Assembly: GCA_002269645.1 (NCBI GenBank)
Contig: NIVC01003741.1
Coordinates: 1 to 35,777 of the forward strand
Direction: 5' to 3'
DNA length: 35,777 nucleotides
From: Macrostomum lignano
Taxonomy: Eukaryota
The notes under the pieces are model-generated. The model saw only the letters and a list, made by a program, of their open reading frames with translations. It was not told the DNA's origin and did not search any database. Below are positions 21,981 through 34,225 of the stretch, piece after piece. The position numbers and the translations under genes were made by a program. The stretch's first letter is position 1. Each line of letters starts with the position of its first letter.

Positions 21981-24900
21981 TTACTTCTCACTGCAGCTGA
22001 TCCGCGACTCCCTAGTAACGCTGAAGGTGCCAGAGAAGGTGAATCCCAGATCTCGCAGAAACTGGTCGGCCTCGGGGGGTCCGTTCCTAGCGCCGTAGGC
22101 GTAAGGCAGAGGTTTCACAGCTTTGGCATCCAGCTCGTGCAGAATTGGCGTGAATATGCGCCACGCTTCGCGCAGCTCATCGGTGCGAACGAAATTCACC
22201 TGAAAAAGTGTTTTCAGATTTGAACTAACATACTCCCTACTCACTCTAATGTTAGTAGATATGCTGTATTTATTATTCTATTCTTAAATTTTTAATGATC
22301 GTTTAAAAAACTAAAAATTAAAAAAATTGATATAATTTTTCTGAGCTGCTTCCCTCTTCCTCCATGATCTTTCAGTGAACGTCAGCTACACTTTTTTATG
22401 ATCCTTAAGTGATCGTCTGCTGCACCCTCTATGATCCTTCAGTGACCATTAGCTACCACCTCAATGATCCTTCAGTGACTATTAGCTACCACCTCTGTGA
22501 TCCTTCAGTGACTTAGCTACCACCTCTATGATCCTTCAGTGACTATTAGCTACCACCTCTATGATCCTTCAGTGACAATTAGCTACCACCTCAATGATCC
22601 TTCAGTGACCATTAGCTACCACCTCTATGATCCTTCAGTGACTATTAGCTACCACCTCTATGATCCTTCAGTGAAAATTAGCTACCACCTCAATGATCCT
22701 TCAGTGACCATTAGCTACCAACTCTATGATCCTTCAGTGACCATTAGCTACCAACTCTATGATCCTTCAGTGACTATTAGCTACCACCTCTATGATCCTT
22801 CAGTGAAAATTAGCTACCACCTCTATGATCCTTCAGTGACAATTAGCTACCACCTCTGTGATCCTTCAGTGACCATTAGCTACCAACTCTATGATTCTTC
22901 AGTGACTATTAGCTACCACCTCTATGATCTTCAGTGACCATTAGCTACCACCTCTATGATTCTTCAGTGACCATTAGCTACCAACTCTATGATCCTTCAG
23001 TGACTATTAGCTACCACCTCTATGATCCTTCAGTGAAATTAGCTACCACCTCAATGATCCTTCAGTGACCATTAGCTACCAACTCTATGATCCTTCAGTG
23101 ACCATTAGCTACCAACTCTATGATCCTTCAGTGACTATTAGCTACCACCTCTATGATCCTTCAGTGAATATTAGCTACCACCTCTATGATCCTTCAGTGA
23201 CAATTAGCTGCCACCTCTATGATCCTTCAGTGACCATTAGCTACCAACTCTATGATCCTTCAGTGACTATTAGCTACCACCTCTATGATCCTTCAGTGAC
23301 TATTAGCTACCACCTCTATGATCCTTCAGTGAAATTAGCTACCACCTCTATGATCCTTCAGTGACTATTAGCTCCCACCTCTATGATCCTTCAGTGAAAA
23401 TTAGCTACCACCTATATGATCCTTCAGTGACTATTAGCTACCACCTCTATGATCCTTCAGTGAAAATTAGCTACCACCTCTATGATCCTTCAGTGACAAT
23501 TAGCTACCACCTCTGTGATCCTTCAGTGACCATTAGCTACCAACTCTATGATCCTTCAGTGACCATTAGCTACCAACTCTATGATCCTTCAGTGACTATT
23601 AGCTACCACCTCTATGATCCTTCAGTGAATATTAGCTACCACCTCTATGATCCTTCAGTGACAATTAGCTACCACCTCTATGATCCTTCAGTGACAATTA
23701 GCTGCCACCTCAATGATCCTTCAGTGACCATTAGCTACCACCTCTATGATCCTTCAGTGACAATTAGCTGCCACCTCTATGATCCTTCAGTGACTATTAG
23801 CTACCACCTCTATGATCCTTCAGTGACAATTAGCTACCACCTCTATGATCCTTCAGTGACAATTAGCTACCACCTCTATGATCCTTCAGTGACAATTAGC
23901 TGCCACCTCTATGATCCTTCAGTGACAATTAGCTACCACCTCTATGATCCTTCAGTGACAATTAGCTGCCACCTCTATGATCCTTCAGTGACAATTAGCT
24001 ACCACCTCTATGATCCTTCAGTGACTATTAGCTACCACCTCTATGATCCTTCAGTGACCATTAGCTACCACCTCTATGATCTTTCAGTGACAATTAGCTA
24101 ATTAGCTACCACCTCTATGATCCTTCAGTGACAATTAGCTACCACCTCTATGATCCTTCAGTGACAATTAGCTACCACCTCTATGATCTTTCAGTGACCA
24201 TCTATGGCATACCAACCGCTATAAATAAACTCTATATATTCTATAATAGTATACAAAACTGTACATCTGTAGTATAGTATCCCAACTGGAATCATGTATT
24301 TCCAACCCCGTCCCAACTACAATACACAAACGCACCTGAGATCCGCACAGTACATCCAATAGCAATCGTTCGTAAGCATCCGGCAGCTTAACCTTAGAGA
24401 ATCGTTTACTATAGGACAGGTCTAGTTCGGTCTCCTCCGCGCCGAAACCCATGCCTGGCCGCTTTGTCATGCACTTGATGTACACAGCTTCGTTCGGTTG
24501 TACTCGCATTACCAACTCGTTTCGGTGCACTACACCAGGCTCGAATATATCGCCGCTAACGTCTTTAAATTGGATTCGAACTTCGCATTTAGTCTCGTTG
24601 AGAGCTTTGCCAGCTCGGATAATGAATGGAACTCCGTCCCAGCGTTCGTTCTTAATGTACAGCGCCGCCATGCCGTAGGTGGCCGCCAGCGACCCGGCTG
24701 GTACAGTGGCGTCGTCAAGGTAACCGGGTTTGCCTGTTTCCGAATTGGCAACGTATTGCCCGATGACGATGTCTTTGAGTTCGATTGGCCGAATACTTCT
24801 TAGTACCTTCACCTGCGTCCAGGCATATGTTTTAAGTGTTTTTAGCTACCGATATGTTTCGAAATAATCATAATAAATGATAATATACTTTCCTAGAAGA

Positions 24901-27900
24901 TGATAGGAAAGAAGGCACTTAGTAAGACTTTAATACACTACCGATATGTTTGGAAAGGAGCAATAACCAAGTATTTTGAGAGAAGACTGATAAAGCAAAA
25001 ACAATAGTTAGGTATAAGCCTAATAGACTACCGATATGTTTTGAAATGATTTTAATCAATGGCTAAATGCAGAACTAGTTATTTTAGAAAAAGAAAATTA
25101 GTAATGTTTTATTAGACTACCGATAAGTTTTGAAACTTCCAAACCTTTTCATCGCGAATATCATCGGCAGCCATTGACAGCGGCTTCTCCATAGCAATTA
25201 AGCTAAGCACCTGCAACAGGTGATTCTGCATCACGTCTCGAATAATGCCGAATTCGTCGAAATAACCGCCACGGCCTTCCGTGCCAAAGTTTTCCTGCAA
25301 CATTTATTAGATTTTAATCGATATTTCAAGCGACCGATAAGGTAGTTTAGGTTAACAATGAAGTCCAATGTGTATTATTTTTTGGCTACTAAAGTTCAAG
25401 GCGTCCTATTGGCTGCTAAAGTTCAAGGTGTCTTATTGGCTGATAATTGAATGTGTCCTATTGACTAATAATTGTTCCATGAGTCTTATTGACTGATAAG
25501 TTCCATGTGTCCTATTGGCTGTCAAGTTTAATGTGTCCTATTGACTAGTCACAAGGTGTCCTTTTGACTGGTAAGTTTAAGATGTACTTTTATTGGCTAA
25601 AGTTCAAGATGTCTTTTTTGACTAAAGTGTAAGGTGTACTGATAAAGTTCTAGATGTACTTTAGACTAAAGTTTAAGGTGTACTTTTGGCTAAAGTTTAA
25701 GATGTCCTATTGGCTTTTGGTAAGGTGTCCTTTTGAATTTTCCTATTGTCTACTTAAGTTTAATGTGTCCTAAGTGCTAAACTTCATAGAAACCTAACTA
25801 ATGGCTAAAGTTCACACTAAAAGACTTACCTTAAACGTGACCAACACGTTAGCAATATTATCCCTATTCCACAATGGCGCCAAAATCCGATTAGCAAACC
25901 GCAGCACCACCACATTCTGGACCATCTCCTTGCCCAGATAGTGATCAATGCGGTACACCTGATCCTCAGTGAACAGATTCGATAGGTGCTGGGACAGGAT
26001 CTCGCTAGTGTGCAAATCTCTACCAAATGGTTTCTCAATGATCACCCTTGACCAGCCCTGTTGATCAGGACTGAAGCACTCGGATTTCAAATGAGTTGCC
26101 ACGTGCATGAACAAGGAAGGCGGTATGGCCAGGTAGTACACTCGATTGCAACTGGCGTACTCTGTACTGCTGCGAATGTACTGCTCCAGTTTGGCGAAGT
26201 CTTCTCGCTTGTCGTAAGAGCCCTGGATTAAATAGGGCACACAGAGAGCTGCTTATTCAAAAACTAGCTTCACTGGTAAAGCTTATTGAAAAGAAAATAA
26301 TGTTATAAACTCAAATATATTATCTCTCTGGTTTCAATCTCTGATCTGATCTGAATGACTTCTACCCCCCACCCCCCGTCTTCTACCCTCCCCTACTGTA
26401 TTCTACCCCCATTCTACTGTCTTCTACCCTCCCCTACTGTCTTTTACCCTCACTCTAACTGTCTTCTGCCCTCCTCTACTGTCTTCTACCCTCACTCTAC
26501 TACTGTCTTCTACCCTCACTCTACTACTGTATTCTACCCTCCACTACTGTATTCTACCCTCCCCTACTGTCTTCTACCCTCCCCTACTGTATTCTACCCC
26601 CATTCTACTGTATTCTACCCCCATTCTTCTGTCTTCTACCCTCCCCTACTGTCTTCTACCCTCACTCTAACTGTCTTCTGCCCTCCTCTACTGTCTTCTA
26701 CTGTCTTCTACCCTCACTCTACTACTGTCTTCTACCCTCCCCTACTGTCTTCTACCCTCCCTACTGTATTCTACCCCCATTCTACTGTCTTCTGCCCTCC
26801 TCTACTGTCTTCTACTGTCTTCTACCCTCACTCTACTACTGTCTTCTACCCTCCCCTACTGTCTTCTACCCTCCCCTACTGTATTCTACCCCCATTCTAC
26901 TGTCTTCTACCCTCCCCTACTGTCTTCTACCCTTACTCTAACTGTCTTCTGCCCTCCTCTACTGTCTTCTACCCTCACTCTACTACTGTCTTCTACCCTC
27001 CCCTACTGTCTTCTACCCTCCCCTACTGTATTCTACCCCCATTCTACTGTCTTCTACCCTCCCCTACTGTCTTCTACCCTCACTCTACTACTGTCTTCTA
27101 CCCTCCTCTACTGTCTTCTGCCCTCCTCTACTGTCTTCTACTGTCTTCTACCCTCACTCTACTACTGTCTTCTACCCCCACTCTACTGTCTTCTGCCCTC
27201 CTCTACTGTCTTCTACTGTCTTCTACCCTCACTCTACTACTGTCTTCTACTGTCTTCTACCCTCACTCTACTACTGTCTTCTACCCTCCTCTACTGTCTT
27301 CTGCCCTCCTCTACTGTCTTCTACTGTCTTCTACCCTCACTCTACTACTGTCTTCTACCCCCACTCTACTGTCTTCTGCCCTCCTCTACTGTCTTCTACC
27401 CTCACTCTACTACTGTCTTCTGCCCTCCTCTACTGTCTTCTGCCCTCCTCTACTGTCTTCTACTGTCTTCTACCCTCACTCTACTACTGTCTTCTACCCC
27501 CACTCTACTGTCTTCTGCCCTCCTCTACTGTCTTCTACTGTCTTCTACCCTCCCCTACTGTCTTCTACCCTCCCCTACCGTTTTCTACCCTCCCCTACTG
27601 TCTTCTACCCTCTCCTACTGTCTTCTACTCTACCCTACCATTCCTTACTGCCTTCGAATCTCACTCAACTGTTTTCTAAATCAAACAAGTCTGAATTAAT
27701 CCTTCACCTGCACATAGGAATTCCTAGCAAAGAAAGCATCCAATCGTTCTTGTTCGCCATCAACGGTGCGCAGATATGGCTTAGCATTGTCCCTGACCAT
27801 TTGCACAGTCAGACTCGACCTAGAATAGCCAATAAAGAAAGTGTTTGGCGGCAAAAGCTTATCTTTGAATAGCCACCACAATGTCGGGTAGATTTTCTTC

Positions 27901-28118
27901 TTAGCCAAATCACCGGAAGCGCCAAATATTATAATAACAACATTTTTAGTGTCCTTCATGTGACTGAATTCGGCTTTAGACTCAGCTCTGAGCAGCTGCA
28001 GAGTCTGCTCAGACATTGAGACCAGATGAATGCGTTGCATATCTGGGTCCGGTTTCAAGTTTTGCAACTCTTTATAAGGATTGCAAACATCATCAGCTGC
28101 GTGATGCTGAGATGCCAT
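21981..28118 (-). CDS. G6PD: Glucose-6-phosphate 1-dehydrogenase; exons 28118-27708, 26222-25830, 25294-25145, 24812-24336, 22199-21981; 549 aa
   Basis: Contains [10 protein letters not shown] (NADP binding), [18 protein letters not shown] (active-site peptide), [41 protein letters not shown] and [12 protein letters not shown]. Four phase-0 GT-AG introns join without any frameshift; TAA at 21983-21981. Confidence 0.98.
22365..24200. repeat. 33-bp minisatellite GATCCTTCAGTGACTATTAGCTACCACCTCTAT, about 55 copies, in G6PD intron 4
   Basis: Direct periodicity; translates to ([11 protein letters not shown])n on the plus strand. Confidence 0.98.
24845..25135. repeat. Highly diverged repeat of about 90 bp (conserved core CTACCGATATGTTT), 3-4 copies, in G6PD intron 3
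   Basis: Core at 24846, 24938, 25028 and 25117 (spacings 92, 90, 89). Confidence 0.8.
25385..25780. repeat. Diverged repeat of about 21-27 bp (GTGTCCTATTGGCT...AAAGTTCAAG family) in G6PD intron 2
   Basis: GTCCTATTG/GTACTTTT and AAAGTT motifs recur throughout the intron. Confidence 0.75.
26357..27645. repeat. CT-rich compound minisatellite (core CTACTGTCTTCTACCCTC, units of about 10-23 bp) in G6PD intron 1
   Basis: Continuous low-complexity periodicity; source of the spurious 505-aa ORF 26355..27872. Confidence 0.96.
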
Positions 28119-31100
28119 TATGATGACTGATGATGCCAGACAGAATCTATATCGATTAACTTAACTATATTTTAGTATTAATTCTTGCCTTGGTTGGTTG
28201 ATCATGAAAAATATTTATTTAGGTGATTTTTTTTCATCACAATATCTTATAGACATCTTAATCTAAGAACTCTTACAATAGATTTAAAATCTATAGAATA
28301 CTAATGTGTCCTACAAATATAAATATATAAGTAAATTATTCAAATAATGACATGTCCATTGCTTTTTTAAAAAATATATAAATCTATTTTGCAACAAGGC
28401 ACAAAACAATTGTTAGTCTAGGGAGAATATTGCCATTTATCTAGCTTATTGTTGGTGGACTATATTGCACAGTGTTGAATTATAACATTGAAATGTAATA
28501 ATTCCAAAGCATATATGACATGCTAAAATATTCCAATACTTAAGCAAAATATTTGACAAAAAGATAAAATTTCCTTTTTTCAAAAATTACATTATAGAGT
28601 AAAACTGTTTAAGCTAAGACCAAAACAATATGATATTGAAATATTAATAAGCTTCCTCCCCAGCAAAGCAATATTAATAACAGGCTAACCACTAATAGAA
28701 GTGGAATTCATTGCTAGCCAATGATGACAATTAAAATTATTCTAAATTACAACTGGGGAACTAATTGATATAAAAAATGTTATATATGTAAAAATGTTGC
28801 TTTTAAGCTTTATTTATTTACTAGGCCTATAGAAACATTTTCGTGACTTTGTCAAAAAAGGAAATTTTATTATTAAATGTATTGGCCCATAATATACATT
28901 AGCTCTCTCCTTTATGCTTGATAAAGCTTACCTTTTCTATTCTTATGTAAGGGGCATCTCAGTTCTATGTTTCTATGATTATAATACATTTGAATGTGCC
29001 AAAAACTAAGAAAAACAATTTGCTATAACATATATATATTTTAAATATTTTAAAGTCTAATTTTTTAAGTTAAAACCAACACAAAATTTAGTATAAATAG
29101 AAGCAAATCTCAGTGGAGGAAGTACCAACCTCACACATTGTGGTTCATTGAGAGAGAAAGCTAGTAGCCAATAATAAGAGTTCCAAGTAAATATAATTGA
29201 AGACTATTTTCCAAGATAATTCATTTTCTATTGAAGTGAAATAGGACAATATACTGTATATACTACTGAAAAGTAAAGAACCAGAAAGGAGAAATATGAA
29301 GTAGATCTAGCAGTATATATAGAGTACTAGAAGCTATGACCCTTTGATCCTGGAAATGCTCAGGATTGGAAAGATCATGTACATATAGTACACTTACCAA
29401 ATAAAGCAAGAATACTATAAGAATAACAGTGGAATGCTACCATAATATAATAGAATGCTACCTATGAGAGTTAGCTAATACTTAGAACAATTCTCAGACC
29501 AATACTCAGACCTATACTAAGAACTTTTCTCAGACTTATTCTAGGAAAATAAATTCATAATAGAATAGTCTTGGTGGCAGCAATAGAACATTTAAGGGAC
29601 AAAAGGAAAGCCTTGTACAACTTTGGTGGCAGCTTTTAGGATACTCACAAGGTGAAAAAGCAGTATCCCTACTATAGCTAGTGGCAGTTGTGAGATTTCC
29701 TAGCATATAGGAAACATGCCTGTAACACTTATAACTTATTGTTAGCTATTTTTAAATCATTAAAAACCATAAATCATAGTTTATAGATATAGATTAGCCA
29801 TTGCTTGTATTGGCCATAGCTAGTCCATATAACTAATCTGAAAATGCTTTCTAATCCAATGCTTTTCTAGCACTAAGGAAAGCAGTCTCAAGAAATGAAT
29901 AGACCTCTTTAGGCTGGATATATAGTGCCAAAGGGGTTAGGTCAATTGGCAAAGCAGTGCAATAGAAATTGTTTATGACTATTTTGTCATTCTAACAATT
30001 ATTGGCTCAATGCCAAGGCAAATAGATTAATTGTGGCCTATTAGGAAATAAGAAGCTTATACTAACTAGAGTGCAACTGACCAAGGATAGGCATTGATGA
30101 TAGCTGAGGAGACACTTGGAGATATTGATAATAGGTATATGCAAGCCAAAAACTAGGTTAAGTAAACATTCAATACTATCCTATAATTATTTTAAATATA
30201 TAATAATACTAAGAACATTGACTTCAATAGACAAATATTAAAGTTATAGCACTTTTACTTTAATTTTTTTTAAAAAAGTGCTATATTTTATATGCATTAA
30301 AAATAAATAAAATGCTTCTTTATATCATAATAATATAACTTTCTTGATTACTTGATCAATTTCACAATTTTGTTTCTACATTCATAACATATCTAGGCCA
30401 AATAATTTTGCCTTGCAGCTAAGTCAAAGTCTAAAGGCTAAATAATTGAAATCATTAAAACTTGCAAAATATCTAAAAATAAATATATATCTTATCATGA
30501 AAATTTGCAAATAAATAACTTTGCAGTTGCGATGCAATTATATCAAAGAAAAGGAAATATAACTTTCTAAAAAAAGTATATGTTCTATAAAGCAAAAATT
30601 TAAAAAATTTATCTACCCTTTATTTATTGGAATAATAAACCATATAGGCCTAGTCTTTTTCATTGAAAGACTTAGTGAAAACTGTGATACAAAAATAAAA
30701 GCTTTTGAATTTTGAAATTTATCAAAAAGAAAGTTTTAAATTGGCCTAACATAAAACTAAAAGTAATTTTAAAATGCAACTTGGTAATTAAATTTTTTTT
30801 CAATTCTTAACCAATCTTCTTGGTGCTGACTAATTTGGTAACAAACTAATTCTATGACAAAGATTCATAATAGACATATTTGATGAATTTTTGGCAAATT
30901 TGGTGAAAGCAAGTTCAGCACAATCTAGGCAAATTTGGCAAAAATTAATGAAGGAAAAACAGTTGTATATAGTTTTATTAATTTATTTAATATAAAGATA
31001 TTAGTCAAAACGTAATAGCTGTCTTTTTTTCAATTGAGTTTGTTTAATTTAATATTTATTGTTTTGCCTTTTCAATAGTGATTTCTAAGGAATGTTTGTT

Positions 31101-32777
31101 AATTTAAGGTCTGATCAAAGCAGCCTTGAAAGCAAAAACCTTTGGCTTTGAGAGTTAGGAAAAATGAGAAAATTACTTTTTTGTATACTTACTGTTTCTA
31201 CTTACTAAAGGATCTACTAATCCTATGGCATATTTGTTATAATAAGTGACTAATTTAATGCATAAATTAAACTTTGCAATTGAGAAATATACTTGGAACG
31301 ATTGTAGACAAAAACCAAAAAAAGCTATAGCTTCTCACTTGTCATTTCTTTCTTTCATTCTAAATGAAAACTACTTGACAGATATATTTTATTTATCAAA
31401 ATTTGTAATACCTTTAATATTTTTTAATCTTATCTTATCTTGTCTTAAAATTTTTTGACTTTAGACTTTTCTTGTCTCAAATCTTGTCTTGGTCTAAATC
31501 TTGATTTTTAAGAGCTCTAATCTTGAACAACTCTTCTAGATCATGGCTAGATGCCCTGCAGTACTTATTAACATAAGCCCAGTTCATAGCCATGTATGGC
31601 ACATCTAATGCCCTATTGGATACACTTAGATGAGTTTCTATAGTACTTTTGTTACCTAGGTAACACTTTTGGCACATTTTTCTAGGTGGTACACTACTAT
31701 AATGTCTAATGCAATGACCAAATGTGACAACAAACTTGCTAACTATTGTTTAACTTTGTTAAAACTTTGTTCAAAATTCCTTAAATTCAAAAACATAATT
31801 AAATGAAATGTTTATCCCACAGTCCTATGCCAATAATTCTAATTTTATTCACATGGATCCATCTGTATTGATAATTTTTAATATATTTTTTGAATAAACT
31901 AGGCCTACAGAATACTAAATTAGTAAATAGTATTGAGTACTTTATTACTCTTTAGTACTTTAGTAGTTAAAGGAGTTAATTTGAAATATTTCCCTAGCTG
32001 CCAGCTTTGCTTAGAATGACTGAAGGACCCTGAAGATTAAGGTAAAAAGACTTGCAAATTAAATTTGATGGAGAATGAATGGAAGTTAGCAAGATGTTAA
32101 AATGATAAGGAAGTCACACAATATTGAATAACAAGTACTTAAATAAGATTGGAATTGATTGAAATTGAAAGAAAGATTGAAAAATAAGTTGAAAATTAGA
32201 TAGGGGGACAGGCCTACACTACAGAAAGAGTTTTGCATTCTATTAACTGAACTCAGGAAAGTAAGATTTATTAAATGGAATAAAACATTGCTAGAAATAC
32301 GCCATGTCCATGCGGAGGCCTACTTTCAAAATAAGGCCTATCATTGGAGAATGGAGTCAAGTAATGGATGGTTGCTGTAGGATCTAACTTTAGGGCCCTA
32401 TGCTGCATAAAAATATGTTAAACTCAAGTTTAAAGGTTAGAAAATTCAATTTAGATTAAAAAACTGTATATTTTGTATGTATTAGTTTTATATTTCGTAA
32501 ATCTCATAGTGACTAGCTGTCTAGGCCTACTTAACAACGTCTCAACTGTGTGCCGTCTGCCGCCTGATATCTCTCAACCCTCTAAGCTAGCATTGTTCGA
32601 CTTTTTTGCGATTCAAATTCGCACGGAAAGATTATTATTAAAACATTTGCGAAGATAAGTAAACATCCTTACACAAACAACTTGGTCTACTAAAATTCAA
32701 TAATTGTAAATGCTGTGGGATCAATTTCGGTTTCTTGGGTACATTTACAAGCGTTAGGCAAGACTATACTAAAGTAG

Positions 32778-33214
32778 TAGGACGCAACACTCCAAATCTA
32801 TGGAAAATGTTTTGAAGGCCACTTTTCCAACAATTTCACTTTTGAATGAATGCACATAGAAATGTCGTTTTTCGCTGAGAACTTCGACATTTATTCCCCT
32901 TTATGATAAAAGAGCATTCCGGCTTTAACATACTTTTTAGTTTTAATTCAAATTTTTAAGCCTAAATAATTTTTTATTTCACTTTTCTGAAGGCCAACCC
33001 CCATATTTTAACAAGGTTGCCTTGCTATCTGCCTATCTAAAATTAGTTACGGGCCTTAAACTTCATTTCTAACTCTTCGAAAAGTTCGATTAGCCATGTA
33101 GGATCTGAAAACAGTATAAATTAATGTTAATTGCAAAGCGTTAAATCCAGCAAATTATTTATTTTAGGTGCCCTTCAAAACTTTTTTCCATGAAACGTGG
33201 TGTCGCGTCGTGTA
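32778..33214. mobile_element. Degenerate MITE-like element of about 435 bp
   Basis: Left GACGCAACAC...TATGGAAAATGTTTTGAAGGCCAC (32781-32822) is the imperfect inverse of right GTGCCCTTCAAAACTTTTTTCCATG...GTGTCGCGTC (33168-33209). TSD not resolved. Confidence 0.55.
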
Positions 33215-34225
33215 CATTACATAGCTTTAGTTGTTCTTGGCATTAGGAAAACTCAGTGGGATGGTCCCAGGATAAACGAAAGCACAGCAGCATGCTGATT
33301 CGATTTCTGAGATACAAAAGGCTCACGGGTGTGGAGTTGCTGAGATTTTAAGGCTCACGGGGGAATTGCTGAGATGCCAATACTCATAGTACGAGTATTG
33401 ATTTACAACAAGTATGTTTCGCTATGCTATAAAAGACAAACTAGTGAATCAACATGACAATTAATCAACAAAACTTTGCGACCGCATAATGAACTCATAG
33501 TAACTCTAGCTAGTTGCCGCCAAGGTCAACGCACTTCTGCCAGCGGCGCACCCACGCCTTAAAGGCACTGGCAGGGCTTCAACGCCAATGGCCAGATGTC
33601 GGAAAGCTGATGAAGCGCTGTTATTAGTTTGTTCCACTGAAGCAAAACGTTGACCACGAAGACTATCCTTCATTCTTGGAAAAACGTAGAAGTCCACCCG
33701 AAGCCAAGTCAGACGAATAACACGGCTGAGGCAGAACTTCCCAGTCCCAGAACTCCAAGAGCTCTTCCACTCTTCTGGCGCAGTGCACAGGCGCATTGTC
33801 GTGATGAAAGATGACGCTTCTCTCCAGCAAGCCAGGTCGCTTCTTTCTGATCGCCGGGATCGCAGTTTCTCCTGCAGAATCCATTTGTAATATTCGGCGT
33901 TCACCTGGTACCGACTGACACAGGCCAGTCCACCAGAATGCCATGGACGTCGAAGAAGATGATGTCCATCACCTTCGTTGAACTCTGCTTGCGCTGCACC
34001 TTCTCCGGGCTTGCTGATCCCCTTGGAAGCCAAGCCACTGTGCTGACTGCCGCTTCAGCTAAGGATCCCATTCGTAGGTCGAAGTCTCATCTCCTGTCAC
34101 AATCCTGCTGCTGAGGAAGTCATTGCCTTCTCGATGAAATCGACAAAGGTGCACTCTGGACAGCCTCACCCGCTCCTCCATCTGCTCTTCTGTCAGCAGG
34201 TGGGGCACCCATTTGGCGAAGATCT

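Noticed and set aside
22539-24101. ([11 protein letters not shown])n ORFs
   Set aside because: 33-bp array in G6PD intron 4, antisense to the gene; no start or splice context.
24845-25135. CRISPR-like look (14-bp repeat with spacers of about 76 bp)
   Set aside because: Eukaryotic intron, no cas genes, repeat too short, and the spacers look like diverged copies of one another.
26355-27872. 505-aa plus-strand ORF
   Set aside because: Translation of the CT-rich array in G6PD intron 1, running antisense into exon 1; low complexity and no recognisable domain.
29280-29700. Stop-riddled coding-like stretch within the CpG desert; RIP-like mutation considered
   Set aside because: No recognisable protein motif; CpA/TpG remain abundant and the organism is an animal, so RIP does not apply.
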